A stretch of DNA of 64,000 nucleotides from Candidatus Bathyarchaeota archaeon. GTDB taxonomy: Archaea; Thermoproteota; Bathyarchaeia; Bathyarchaeales; Bathycorpusculaceae. The stretch lies in the NCBI GenBank assembly GCA_963827165.1, contig CAWGZR010000011.1, positions 64,001 to 128,000 on the forward strand, in the 5' to 3' direction. The notes under the pieces are model-generated. The model saw nothing but the letters and a program-made list of their open reading frames with translations, had not been told where the DNA came from and did not search any database. Positions 48,732 to 58,001 of the stretch are shown one piece after another. Position numbers and translations under genes: made by a program. Numbering within the stretch: the first letter of the stretch is position 1; every line of letters starts with the position of its first letter.

Positions 48732-49499
48732 CTAAGACAGGCAAGTCTTCAACAGATTCTCAAAGTCGCTTCTCAACCCGCTTTTCTTGTAAGCCCTCAA
48801 AACCCCCATCAACTCCCATTTGTCCTTTCCCCCCAGCGTTTCAGCTAAAATCTTTGATGCGGAGCTATTGCCACTGAAAAGATACTGGCAAACCGCAGTA
48901 ACATTAGCCACTCTTCGTTCTACGCTGGCAGTTTCAAAATCAACAATAAAAGGATTCCCCGCCTTATCCACAAGCAAATGCTTAGGGGCCTTGCTTAGCT
49001 CACCGTGATCCAACCCCGCCTGATCCAGCCTATAGCACTGGTCCAAAATTTCTCCCAAAACCCGCTTAACCTTCAATTGATCCATGTTTGTTTCCAGCCA
49101 TTTTGAAATCACGCTTCCATCGATGAGCTGCATCAGAAGAAAATTCTTGCTTGCCGTTATCAGCCGAGCACCCACGTTTGCGGAGTTTGCCACCGAGAGC
49201 ATCTGGGCTTCGTGGAGCAGGTCGACTCGGTCAGCGTCTGTCCTTCGGATTTTAAGGGCAACTCTCTTCCCATTCAGGTGCGCGACTACAACAACTCCGA
49301 CAAAACCTTTACCCAACACTGGAACCCCAACTCCGAAGAGGCTGGATGATCCCGAAAACTCAAGAGCTGAGACACCGAGGCTACACAATTCTTGAACCCG
49401 ATTTTGCAGTTCGTTATCGTTGGGTTTTGGGAAGCACAGGACCAACGGGTAAGGCTCTTGGCTTAGTTGCTCAACTGGAACGATTATGGGATTCTTCAC
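48732..49499 (-). CDS. Archaeal RIO-like Ser/Thr protein kinase
   Basis: 'LGKGFVGVV', 'VALKIRRTD', 'DHGELS', 'IVDFETAS'. Confidence 0.85.
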   Translation of the reverse strand: MKNPIIVPVEQLSQEPYPLVLCFPKPNDNELQNRVQELCSLGVSALEFSGSSSLFGVGVPVLGKGFVGVVVVAHLNGKRVALKIRRTDADRVDLLHEAQMLSVANSANVGARLITASKNFLLMQLIDGSVISKWLETNMDQLKVKRVLGEILDQCYRLDQAGLDHGELSKAPKHLLVDKAGNPFIVDFETASVERRVANVTAVCQYLFSGNSSASKILAETLGGKDKWELMGVLRAYKKSGLRSDFENLLKTCLS

Positions 49500-49630
49500 C
49501 TGTCGGTTCCTTCTATGGCACGATTAGTGGACCGCCGGATTATAAGTTTAACATCGGGACGCGAAAAAGCCTCTTCACTTCGAACTCAAAAGCTATCATA
49601 TGATCAAAGGACATTAAGTTCAAGTGGCGC

Positions 49631-50100
49631 ATGGATTTGGTTAGAACCCTTCTTATAGTCTATCATTTAAAGACGGAAAAACCAAGAAGATGGCTTCCAG
49701 AATAGGTGAATGACCGCGCAAGTCTGGTGTAAACGTGGTTTTGAGAACAGTCGAAAACTGAACCATGGATAACTTGGCTTCTGCAGACGGTTTGGTTGTA
49801 GGTTCGCCAACGCATTACAGCAACATTGATTGGCAAATTAAGCGCTTCATGGATGAGACTGTTCTGGCTTTCTGCTCAAAGGGGAACTCGCTTGGAAACA
49901 AAGTATGCGGCTGCTTTACATCCACAGGAGCATACGCCGATGGGAAAGAGTGCCTCAGAATACTGGAGTTGGCGTTTGGAGTTGCCCTGAAGATGAAAAT
50001 TGCTCCGGGAATAATTCTTGAATCAAAAGACATGGATACAGGCAATATCACTTTATGTTTCGAGTTTGGGCAAAAAATTTCGCGAGAAATAACGCAGTGA
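49631..50100 (+). pseudogene. WrbA/flavodoxin-family pseudogene
   Basis: Aligns by eye with the 58076-58549 paralogue. One-base deletion at ~49675 in the FMN loop and in-frame TGA at 49711 and 49759 precede 'ADGLVVGSPT'. Confidence 0.75.
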
Positions 50101-50151
50101 AGGGCACTTCTTGCCTTTGTCATGTGAATGCACATAAGCCACATAGCCTGT

Positions 50152-50358
50152 ATGGCTGGAATGGAACGTAATCAGCAGAGAAGCCAAATCAAATCGGGCA
50201 TCCGCGTAAAAATCGTTTTGAAGCAGGATCAGCAAAGCGGCAAATTAACCGAAGGCGTCGTCAAGGATATTCTCACTAACAGCTCAACTCATCCGCACGG
50301 TATCAAGGTGCGGCTTACGGACGGCAAAGTCGGCAGAGTGCAAACAATATTAAAATAA
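50152..50358 (+). CDS. YwbE (DUF2196) family protein
   Basis: 'IVLKQDQ.SGKLTEG.VKDILTNS.THPHGIKVRL.DG.VGRV'. Confidence 0.9.
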   Translation: MAGMERNQQRSQIKSGIRVKIVLKQDQQSGKLTEGVVKDILTNSSTHPHGIKVRLTDGKVGRVQTILK

Positions 50359-50427
50359 CGAGTCGCCTGAAGAATTATAAATTTAATAGGGTGACGGCAA
50401 TATCTGGATTCTGTTTGGTTATTAGCT

Positions 50428-52533
50428 ATGCCGAGGTTCAAGCAGACAGCGCAGGTTCAACAGCTTATGAGCAGCAAGGAGCTTATCCGAAACATCGGCA
50501 TAATCGCGCACATTGACCATGGAAAAACCACTCTTTCCGATTCCCTGCTGGCTGGTGCAGGATTGATTTCGACCGCTATGGCTGGAACAGCCAGAGTGCT
50601 GGATTACCTTGATGAAGAGCAAAAACGAAAAATCACAATCAAAACAGCAAACATAACACTGCTCTATCAAACCGCCGAAAACCCCTTCATAATCAACCTT
50701 GTCGATACTCCCGGGCACGTGGATTTCACAGGCAAGGTAACGAGGTCTCTTCGCGTTATTGACGGCGCTGTCGTGGTTGTGGACGCGGTTGAGGAGATTA
50801 TGGCTCAAACCGACATCCTAACTCGTCAAGCGCTTGAGGAACGTGTTTGCCCCGTACTCTTTATCAATAAAGTAGACAGGCTGATTACTGAGCTGCAGCT
50901 AAATGAGGCGCAAATTCAAAAAAAACTTGACCATATAATCAGCAGCTTCAACGATCTGATAGAACTCTACGCCCAAGAACCCTTCAGAAATCGATGGAAG
51001 GTCAGTGCAAATCTGGGTAACGTGGCTTTCGGCGCAGCACTGTACGGCTGGGGCTTCACTTTGAACATGGCAAAGCAGAAGGCCATAAAGTTTTCAGACA
51101 TAATAAAAGCCTGTCAGCAAGGCAAGGGCGAAAAACTGCAGAAGAAACTGCCCGTTTACGAAGCCATTTTTGAAATGGCCATCAACAAAGCTCCTAACCC
51201 TCGGGAAGCCCAAGCCTATAGAGTTGAGGCAATTTGGGATGGGCAGGTTAACTCGCCGATTGGGAAAGCTCTGGTCGAATGCAGCGACGATGGACCCGCG
51301 GTTTTCTGCGTGACTAACATGCACTCCAACGGAGACGAAGGCACAGTTGCAACTGGAAGACTGTTCTCAGGTAAACTTGAGAAAGGCATGCGGCTGCATC
51401 TTGTCGACGCCCTAACTGAAACAGTCGTCAATCAGATTACTGTAGATATGGGTTCACTCAGAGAAGAGGTAAGCTGGATTTCAGCGGGCAACTTGGCATC
51501 TTTAAATCTGACTGGGAAAGTGGCAGCTGGTGAAACCCTCGTGGACATAGCTCACAAAGCCGAAATGGTTCCTTTCGAAGGCATAAGCTATGTTTCCGAC
51601 CCTGTAGTCACTTTGGTGGTTGAACCTAAGAACCCGAAAGACATTCCCATTTTACTTGAGGCGCTGGAGAGGCTTGCAAGCGAAGACCCTAACTTTAAGG
51701 TGGCTGCCGACAACCAAACCGGGGAGTATCTTCTAAGCGGCATGGGCGAGCTACATTTGGAAGTCGCAATTAACCAGCTGAAAAACAACGTGGGCCTAGA
51801 TGTTACAGTGTCTTCACCCAGGGTTGTTTATATGGAGACTGTTGAGAAAGGAGGTGTCGCTGCATTGGCGAAGAGCCCAGATAAGCAAAGCAGTTTCTGG
51901 GTGGCGGTTGCTCCTGATGGGCGGGAGATTGAAGAGCAAGTGGATGTTCTATCAGTTGATGAGCACCGCAACGTCTTGTTGGATTGCAGCGGAAAAACCG
52001 AGCCTCTGCCCGAAGAGGTTTTGGAAGCTTTAATCGGCGGGTTCGAGTTCGCGTGCAAAGCTGGTCCATTGTGCGGGGAACCGGTGCGTCATTTGAAGGT
52101 TAGCTTGGTTGATTTCCAACTGAGCAGCGAATTTAACTGTGACGAGGTTATGCGCGGTGTTGGAAAGGCAATCTTCGGCTCTTTCCTCTCTGCACAACCT
52201 GTCCTTCTTGAACCAATCTATAAAATAATACTTACCGTTTCATCAGAACTTGCCAGTGAATCCTCAAGAATCCTCAGTAGCAGACGCGGAAAAGTCACTT
52301 TGTTTGAACAGAAAGGGTTGCAAACAGTGATCAGCGGTTTTATCCCGGTTTCTGAAACATTTGGCTTCTCAAAAGAACTTCGCTCGGCGACTTCGGGCAG
52401 GGCTTTTTGGCAATCTTTCTTTGATCACTGGGAGAAAATGCCTCAAAAGTTGGATTCACAGGTCGTAGCTGATTTGCGCCACTGCAAAGGTCTCTCGCCC
52501 GAAGTGCCAAAACCAGAAAAGTTCATGGAGTGA
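50428..52533 (+). CDS. Elongation factor 2 paralogue lacking the diphthamide loop (aEF-2p-like)
   Basis: G1 AHIDHGKTT, G2 RKITI (canonical RGITI), G3 DTPGH, G4 NKVD, 'GMGELHLE', 'GPLCGEP', 'LRSATSGRA'; no HxDxxHRG loop. Confidence 0.9.
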   Translation: MPRFKQTAQVQQLMSSKELIRNIGIIAHIDHGKTTLSDSLLAGAGLISTAMAGTARVLDYLDEEQKRKITIKTANITLLYQTAENPFIINLVDTPGHVDFTGKVTRSLRVIDGAVVVVDAVEEIMAQTDILTRQALEERVCPVLFINKVDRLITELQLNEAQIQKKLDHIISSFNDLIELYAQEPFRNRWKVSANLGNVAFGAALYGWGFTLNMAKQKAIKFSDIIKACQQGKGEKLQKKLPVYEAIFEMAINKAPNPREAQAYRVEAIWDGQVNSPIGKALVECSDDGPAVFCVTNMHSNGDEGTVATGRLFSGKLEKGMRLHLVDALTETVVNQITVDMGSLREEVSWISAGNLASLNLTGKVAAGETLVDIAHKAEMVPFEGISYVSDPVVTLVVEPKNPKDIPILLEALERLASEDPNFKVAADNQTGEYLLSGMGELHLEVAINQLKNNVGLDVTVSSPRVVYMETVEKGGVAALAKSPDKQSSFWVAVAPDGREIEEQVDVLSVDEHRNVLLDCSGKTEPLPEEVLEALIGGFEFACKAGPLCGEPVRHLKVSLVDFQLSSEFNCDEVMRGVGKAIFGSFLSAQPVLLEPIYKIILTVSSELASESSRILSSRRGKVTLFEQKGLQTVISGFIPVSETFGFSKELRSATSGRAFWQSFFDHWEKMPQKLDSQVVADLRHCKGLSPEVPKPEKFME

Positions 52534-53405
52534 CCGAAATGCGGATGACCCTGGCTGTCCCGTTTGATTTGGATTTTTCTCTTTGTTGTGGCCAGGTTTT
52601 TCGTTGGAGGAAAATCGAGGGTTGGTGGTATGGCGTCGTCGGAGCAAAAGTGTTAAAGATTCGCCAATGCGGCGCCGAATTAGAGTTCGAGGGAGTCGAC
52701 GCTGACTTTGTTAGCCGTTACTTTGGTTTAACCGACGATTTAGGGCAAATCAGCCGATGGATCGACAGGGACCGATACATCCACAAGGCACTGTGCCGTT
52801 TTGAAGGGCTACGTATTGTTCGGGAGGACCCCTGGGAATGCCTCATCAGTTTCATCTGTGCAACCTACAAAAGCATAGCAGCGATTGAGCAGATGGTCCA
52901 CAAGATTTCCGCGAAATTTGGCGAGAAGAAAGCGTTCGAGGGGAAGGATTTTTACGTTTTCCCATCTGTCGATAAGTTGGCTTTGGCAAGTGAAAACGGG
53001 CTGAAAGAATGCGGCTTAGGCTACAGAGCGAAGTACGTGCAAGCGACGGCGCGGAGAATTCATGAAGAAAAAATAGACCTTGAAACCCTAAAATCCATGC
53101 CTTACCTTGACGCTAGAAAGGTCCTTGTTGAGTTTCCCGGCGTTGGGTTAAAGGTCGCTGATTGCGTGCTGCTGTTTTCGCTTGAGAAAACAGAGGCGTT
53201 CCCAGTGGATGTTTGGGTCAAACGCATACTGCTTAGGCACTACGCGAATGAACTTCCAGAAGAACTTCTAAAGAAGGTTTCGGCGCACACTTCATTAAGC
53301 AACAGGGACTACGAAAAACTAAACGCGTTTGGAAGAAACTACTTCGGCAGATACGCAGGTTACGCCCAAGAATACCTCTTCCATTACGAGCGAACACAGC
53401 GCTAG
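52530..53405 (+). CDS. Ogg1-type 8-oxoguanine DNA glycosylase/AP lyase (OGG_N + HhH-GPD)
   Basis: 'CGQVFRW', 'GLRIVREDPWECLISFI', 'GLGYRAKY', 'PGVGLKVADC', 'FPVDVWV', 'YAGYAQEYLF'. Confidence 0.92.
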   Translation: MTEMRMTLAVPFDLDFSLCCGQVFRWRKIEGWWYGVVGAKVLKIRQCGAELEFEGVDADFVSRYFGLTDDLGQISRWIDRDRYIHKALCRFEGLRIVREDPWECLISFICATYKSIAAIEQMVHKISAKFGEKKAFEGKDFYVFPSVDKLALASENGLKECGLGYRAKYVQATARRIHEEKIDLETLKSMPYLDARKVLVEFPGVGLKVADCVLLFSLEKTEAFPVDVWVKRILLRHYANELPEELLKKVSAHTSLSNRDYEKLNAFGRNYFGRYAGYAQEYLFHYERTQR

Positions 53406-53474
53406 GATGCGTTGGCCATAAGAAAGATTCAAATAATAAACGGTGTTAATCAAGCAATTCCTAACTGAAATAAG

Positions 53475-53744
53475 GTGTTTGGAATGGCGGCTGAAGAAGG
53501 CAAGATTAAGCAGTTGATTAGGCAAAAAAGGGTTTTTCTCAGGGAAACTTTGAAGGATTATTCTGCGGGCGGCACCGATATGCTTGATGATGTCGAAAGA
53601 TACCTTGAAGAGGCAAAAGAGGAACTTACCCATCGTTTGCAAGTCGTTAGCTGCTTGGGGGAAGACGAGGGAGAAGCTGCTTGGCGCAAGGAATGCCTCC
53701 AACTGTATACACAATGGTTTGAAAAATGGTTTGGCAAACCCTAG
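53475..53744 (+). CDS. Hypothetical helical protein
   Basis: 89-aa ORF co-oriented between ogg and the tRNA; C-terminal 'WFEKWFG'. Confidence 0.55.
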   Translation: MFGMAAEEGKIKQLIRQKRVFLRETLKDYSAGGTDMLDDVERYLEEAKEELTHRLQVVSCLGEDEGEAAWRKECLQLYTQWFEKWFGKP

Positions 53745-53792
53745 CTTCTTTCGGCGCTATCCAATCAGCTGCTTAGGCGGAAGCGGAAAATG

Positions 53793-53798
53793 TTTAAA
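53793..53798 (+). promoter_or_regulatory. TATA box of the tRNA gene
   Basis: Purine-rich BRE (GGAAAA) followed by TTTAAA about 40 bp upstream of the mature tRNA 5' end. Confidence 0.55.
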
Positions 53799-53834
53799 TG
53801 GGGTATGAAACAGCAATATTAAACGAAAGCTCGC

Positions 53835-53908
53835 GGGCCCGTAGCTCAGTTAGGTAGAGCGCCAGACTCATAATCTGTTGGTCAGGAGTTCAAATCTCCT
53901 CGGGCCCA
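53835..53908 (+). tRNA. tRNA with CAU anticodon, probably tRNA-Ile2 (agmatidine-modified) rather than Met
   Basis: Acceptor GGGCCCG/CGGGCCC, discriminator A, D-arm TAGCTCAGTTAGGTAGAGC, anticodon loop CTCATAA, T-arm AGGAGTTCAAATCTCCT. GGGCCC acceptors typify archaeal tRNA-Ile. No intron and no encoded CCA. Confidence 0.93.
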
Positions 53909-54027
53909 CATCAAAGCAACTCAAAACACACAAATTATTTGCAATAATAGACGCTCTAAAATGGTAAATGCCGCTGTTTCTTAGTCCGCAATCTCGCCTA
54001 AAAGACCAAAAAGCTTAATGATGGATT

Positions 54028-55311
54028 TTACGGAGTTATTGTTAGTTGGGGGTCGGCGAACCATGCTGTTCCATGTTCATTTGAGCCTTGCGAGTCACTC
54101 CAAACTTGACACCAAGGAATACAGAATGATGGAGTAAAAAGTGTACCTACCGGCTGTCCATTTGTTACTTGATTAGCTGTATAAGTTGATGACAGAACGA
54201 AAGTCATCGTTACTTGTGTCCACACATTAGTTCCAAACTTAACATAAGTATTAAATGAATCTGAAATTTGAGAGGAGATACCGTTTGGTGTTACACTGCC
54301 GTAAGATGCCCCATTAACACCATAAATATCTATACCTAAACGACCTCCCGCTTGAGGATTTCCGGAGTCAGCCGAAAGAGTTGCCGCTGAAGTCTGAATC
54401 CAACAACTGAAAACAACCGTATCCCCTGGTGAAATGTTTATCCCACCGTGGTCCACTCCCGAGTTCATCGATGAAAGTGCAACTTCCCAAGATGGTGAAT
54501 CTGCATAAGTGTCGGTCGTGTCAAGCACAACGTTGAGGGCAGGACACTTGAGCCACTGAGAATCAGTGTACCAGTCACCATCGTCAATTGAAATTAAACT
54601 GTTTCCGGCGGGGGCGGATGTTGGCGCAGGTGTTGCTGTTTGAGTCGGCGTTGGCATAAGTGCTGGTGGATTAATCGAAGAATAAGCTGATGTTGAATCA
54701 CGCGTTTGTATGTCGCTTGTACCAGTTGAGGTTGTTGCTGTGTATGCTTGAACATTACATTCTGAATAGTATGTTGCTTGTGAAGTGAACACTGTTACTC
54801 CAACAGTTAGACCTATGTCATTAACCGTGATGCTATCTGGGTTGTTGATGTAAACAATTAAAGTGTTGCCTGATTTGGGAGTGATTTCGCCGTTGGCTTG
54901 AGTTAATGCGGACCCTTGAGTTAGCGTGTCGCCTGAACTGATAAAGGTATAAGCGTCATTTTCTGTCAGCTCAGATGAATATCCAAGATCAGTGGTAACT
55001 GAGCCCACTACGGTAAATACGTCCGTCCAACCAACAGATTGACCTCTGATAGTAATTTTGTTTATAACTAAGTCTCGACCGCCAGTGTTAATCATCATGA
55101 ACGCCGCTTGAGCTGCTCCGGCACCACTACCGCCAGTTGGATCGTACCACACGTGTAGCATCGTTATGGAGAGGCTTTCTTGTTGAATTTGAGTGCTAGT
55201 AACGTTGATGGCATAGTAAGTTACGGTTCCTGCGAGAAGCACTGAAACAACCAGAATAATCAGCGAAGTAACGACGGTGGCTAGAGCGCGCCTGCTACGT
55301 GGAAATTGCAT
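54028..55311 (-). CDS. Type IV pilin/archaellin-like protein with Pro/Thr linker and C-terminal carbohydrate-binding-like domain
   Basis: Class III signal 'RSRRA-LATVVTSLIILVVSVLLAG', 'INTGGRD', PTPTQTATPAP linker, Trp-rich jelly-roll-like C-terminus. Confidence 0.75.
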   Translation of the reverse strand: MQFPRSRRALATVVTSLIILVVSVLLAGTVTYYAINVTSTQIQQESLSITMLHVWYDPTGGSGAGAAQAAFMMINTGGRDLVINKITIRGQSVGWTDVFTVVGSVTTDLGYSSELTENDAYTFISSGDTLTQGSALTQANGEITPKSGNTLIVYINNPDSITVNDIGLTVGVTVFTSQATYYSECNVQAYTATTSTGTSDIQTRDSTSAYSSINPPALMPTPTQTATPAPTSAPAGNSLISIDDGDWYTDSQWLKCPALNVVLDTTDTYADSPSWEVALSSMNSGVDHGGINISPGDTVVFSCWIQTSAATLSADSGNPQAGGRLGIDIYGVNGASYGSVTPNGISSQISDSFNTYVKFGTNVWTQVTMTFVLSSTYTANQVTNGQPVGTLFTPSFCIPWCQVWSDSQGSNEHGTAWFADPQLTITP

Positions 55312-55600
55312 CAATCTATCGACTGATCGATTTTTCAAGCCCTGTCAACGATTAACCCTTGGCTCAAAATAATTAGTACCTGTGTGCATAATCTTTAAGA
55401 CATAATGGATTCCAACAAGACAACTTGTGCAATCAAATTCTAAGATGTTATTCATGGGATGCGAACGTTGCGCGATATTGAGTTTTTTGTGAATACCATG
55501 GGAGTAGGCATGCCCCTTGTACAATCAAAGAAATAAATTTATGTGATCTAGCGTCAAATTCATTAAAGAGCCATGAGTAAAACATTATGGGCTCTATGCT

Positions 55601-55650
55601 CCAGACAATCTGCTGGTCAGGAGTTAAAATCTCCTCGGGCCCACATCAAA
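55601..55650 (+). repeat. Degenerate direct copy of the tRNA 3' half (att-like / tRNA pseudogene)
   Basis: CCAGAC----AATCTGcTGGTCAGGAGTTaAAATCTCCTCGGGCCCACATCAAA matches 53862-53915 with two substitutions and a 4-nt deletion of TCAT. Confidence 0.92.
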
Positions 55651-55673
55651 AATTTAATTAGCGTCGGGTACGG

Positions 55674-56192
55674 GTGAAGCCTGCTCTGAAAACAAATCCA
55701 GCCTATGAGGCAGCGTCGTTTGTTAAGGGTCACCAGTTGATAATCGGCTTGCTGCTGGTTTTCTTCGGAGTCAGCGATGTTTGGTTTGTTATGCCTAATC
55801 TCTACGGCACTTTCCACGGGTTTTATTTGAACTGGCAAGTCTTCTATTTCTACATGCCTGAATGGCGCTTTACGATCCCGACCCTTCTAGTTATGGCGCT
55901 GATTGGAACTTTAATGCTGACGGTTTACTGCATAAGAGATATTGAGGCTGAGAGAGTTGACAATAAGGAGCACGCTGCCGTGTTGGTGACAGCGCTCGGA
56001 TTCGCGTATCTGATACTAGGGGCTTGGCCGCTGTGGACACAATCGTACCCTTGGGCATGGCAGCAGGAAATTGCAAACTACGGAAACCTGCTAGTTTTGC
56101 CGCTTTTCGCAGGCAGCCTCATAGCGCTAATTGCAGGTTCGGTTTCGCTATACATTCACAGCAGAATTTACCATCAAAAACACCCTGAATGA
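55674..56192 (+). CDS. Hypothetical membrane protein (~4 TM)
   Basis: Four hydrophobic segments; GTG start; T-run after the stop. Confidence 0.65.
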   Translation: MKPALKTNPAYEAASFVKGHQLIIGLLLVFFGVSDVWFVMPNLYGTFHGFYLNWQVFYFYMPEWRFTIPTLLVMALIGTLMLTVYCIRDIEAERVDNKEHAAVLVTALGFAYLILGAWPLWTQSYPWAWQQEIANYGNLLVLPLFAGSLIALIAGSVSLYIHSRIYHQKHPE

Positions 56193-56563
56193 CCTCTTTT
56201 TTTTCAAACATGAAGCAAATTTTTTTGTTTGTATTTTAGGTTGCTTTCTTGTAAAGAAGCTTGAATCATTGGCAGGTTGAGTCTGAAAAAGACACTAAAA
56301 TATACTATTATACAATTTTAGACATTATTAGACAATTTTAAAATTAAACCGGATGATCCGTACGCCGAACTCGAAAAGTAACCCTTTATAGGAATGCTCC
56401 AGTGGAAAAAACGCCGCGAGAAGAAAGTATTTTTCGCTTTTTTCGATTTGGGTTGCGTTTCTGGTGGGGCTTGAATTGGTGGCAAATCACGACCCAATTT
56501 GTCTCTCTTCTGAGCCAAAATCACTCTTTACGTTCATTTTTGACTTTTGCCCTTGCTTCCTAT

Positions 56564-57049
56564 TTATTTTTGACCTGCTGTTTGCCCAACCGCTGTCACT
56601 TCTCTTCGAGGGGGCTTGGGGTTCAGTTTTTTCTGAAGCAGCACCCCTTCTATGAGGAAAAGAACCATAGCTACTCCAGTCATGCCTGTTAAGAAAAAGA
56701 AGCTGACTTGAATCACTAAACCGTTTATTAGGGTGCTCAGCAATATTATTGCTATCTCGGCTGCGAAAGCGCCAAGAAAAAAGAAGGAGTAGAACATCAA
56801 GCGCGGTACGAGGTTTCGGCCAACCCAGACGTGCCCGTTGATGTTTGTTTTCTCCTTTAAGATGTAGTCGCCATAACTGTTTCTTTCGATTAAACCCATG
56901 TCCTCAAGTTTCTGCAGATGCCTGAATGCGACGCTTGTGCTGCTTAGGTTTGCGCCTCTGGTTACGTCCCGTGTTCCCACTGGCTTTGCTGTGTGGACGA
57001 TGTATGCGTAGACGTTTAATGTGTTGCCTTCAAGTTCGTCGTTAGCCAC
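56564..57049 (-). CDS. Winged-helix transcription regulator with two C-terminal TM helices
   Basis: 'GTRDVTRGANLSSTSVAFRHLQKLEDMGLIER' HTH-wing, then two hydrophobic helices. Confidence 0.8.
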   Translation of the reverse strand: MANDELEGNTLNVYAYIVHTAKPVGTRDVTRGANLSSTSVAFRHLQKLEDMGLIERNSYGDYILKEKTNINGHVWVGRNLVPRLMFYSFFFLGAFAAEIAIILLSTLINGLVIQVSFFFLTGMTGVAMVLFLIEGVLLQKKLNPKPPRREVTAVGQTAGQK

Positions 57050-57063
57050 TTTATGCCAACAAC

Positions 57064-57960
57064 CTATGGGTATGTTGTTTGCATAGCTCCAGTGGGGTTT
57101 GATGGATTCTCGATTGGCACTGGGAACGTTGGGTTACATGTTCCGTAAATAAATGCATTGCCATCTTTTGTAAGCACTATATGTTGCAGGACTTGGTTGC
57201 TTGGTCCCATGTTGACCGTGACGTTGCCGTTGTAGCTGACTGAGCCTATTCTGGTTACGTCGATGCTTAATGTTTTAGCGTTTCTAAGTTCAGATACTAC
57301 TTGGTTTTGGTTTCCGTTGTAGCTTGCTATGTATGAGCTGATGAATCCTTGAGTAGAGGTTTGGTTGGTTGGTCCTCCTGGCAGACTGGTGGTGTTATAT
57401 ACGAATTCAGTAAAGCCTCCTGATCCACCGGGGTAGCCGTTGTAGTTTGGAATACCGTTGTATGTGACACCGTTTGCAAAGGTATAGCTGGTGCCTGGAC
57501 CATAACCTGTTATAGCCATATAGCCTCCGCCTTGAATGCCTGGAATGTTGTTTATGCTTCCATAAGAGCCTATTTCCTCGATGGTTGAGCAGACAGAGTA
57601 GGTTACGTTGGCGATTGGTCCTTGGTCAGAGGAGATCTGGAACTGGTAGTATTCTATTTTTGCGTCTGCACCTTTGAGAGCCATGCCTGCAGAGGTCAAT
57701 GTGACGTTTGCAAGCCCATTGAGTTCAACGCCGTCCCATGACGCAGTGCCGTTTGAGCCACTTTGGTCAAGGTTAACATAGGCGTATGTAACATTGACGT
57801 TGAACCAGGGCGTTGATACAACTTGAGCGTTAGCCATTTCAGTATTTGCTTTTGTTTGGGCCGCCATCAGGTATTCTATTGGTATTACTGTTGCGATTCC
57901 GATCGCTATGGCGAGTATTCCGCAAAGTATCAGTTTCTTTTCGATCATTTGGTTTTTCAC
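57064..57960 (-). CDS. Membrane-anchored extracellular glycoprotein, hypothetical
   Basis: N-terminal TM 'KKLILCGILAIAIGIATVIP'; Gly/Asn/Thr-rich with N-x-S/T sequons. Confidence 0.75.
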   Translation of the reverse strand: MKNQMIEKKLILCGILAIAIGIATVIPIEYLMAAQTKANTEMANAQVVSTPWFNVNVTYAYVNLDQSGSNGTASWDGVELNGLANVTLTSAGMALKGADAKIEYYQFQISSDQGPIANVTYSVCSTIEEIGSYGSINNIPGIQGGGYMAITGYGPGTSYTFANGVTYNGIPNYNGYPGGSGGFTEFVYNTTSLPGGPTNQTSTQGFISSYIASYNGNQNQVVSELRNAKTLSIDVTRIGSVSYNGNVTVNMGPSNQVLQHIVLTKDGNAFIYGTCNPTFPVPIENPSNPTGAMQTTYP

Positions 57961-58001
57961 TGTTCAGCTAAGAAGCTAAGCGCCTAATAATTCTCATCTA
58001 A

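Larger units (their letters stand above)
53909..55650. mobile_element. Putative tRNA-anchored genomic islet (~1.7 kb, no integrase)
   Basis: Bounded by the tRNA 3' half and its degenerate direct copy at 55601-55650; carries one pilin-like gene. Confidence 0.55.

Noticed and set aside
49711-49761. In-frame TGA codons as selenocysteine or genetic-code reassignment
   Set aside because: A frameshift accompanies them, one falls at a Gly-equivalent position, TGA ends many intact genes here, and the hydrogenase and Hdr genes use Cys.
53835-53908. tRNA-Met call from the CAU anticodon
   Set aside because: The GGGCCCG acceptor fits archaeal tRNA-Ile2; initiator Met normally starts AGC with a 3GC anticodon stem, and elongator Met typically starts GCC.
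56397-56412. ORB-like GCTCCAGTGGAAAAAA beside an AT-rich stretch (possible replication origin)
   Set aside because: Single copy, no G-string, no inverted partner ORB and no adjacent cdc6/orc1 gene.
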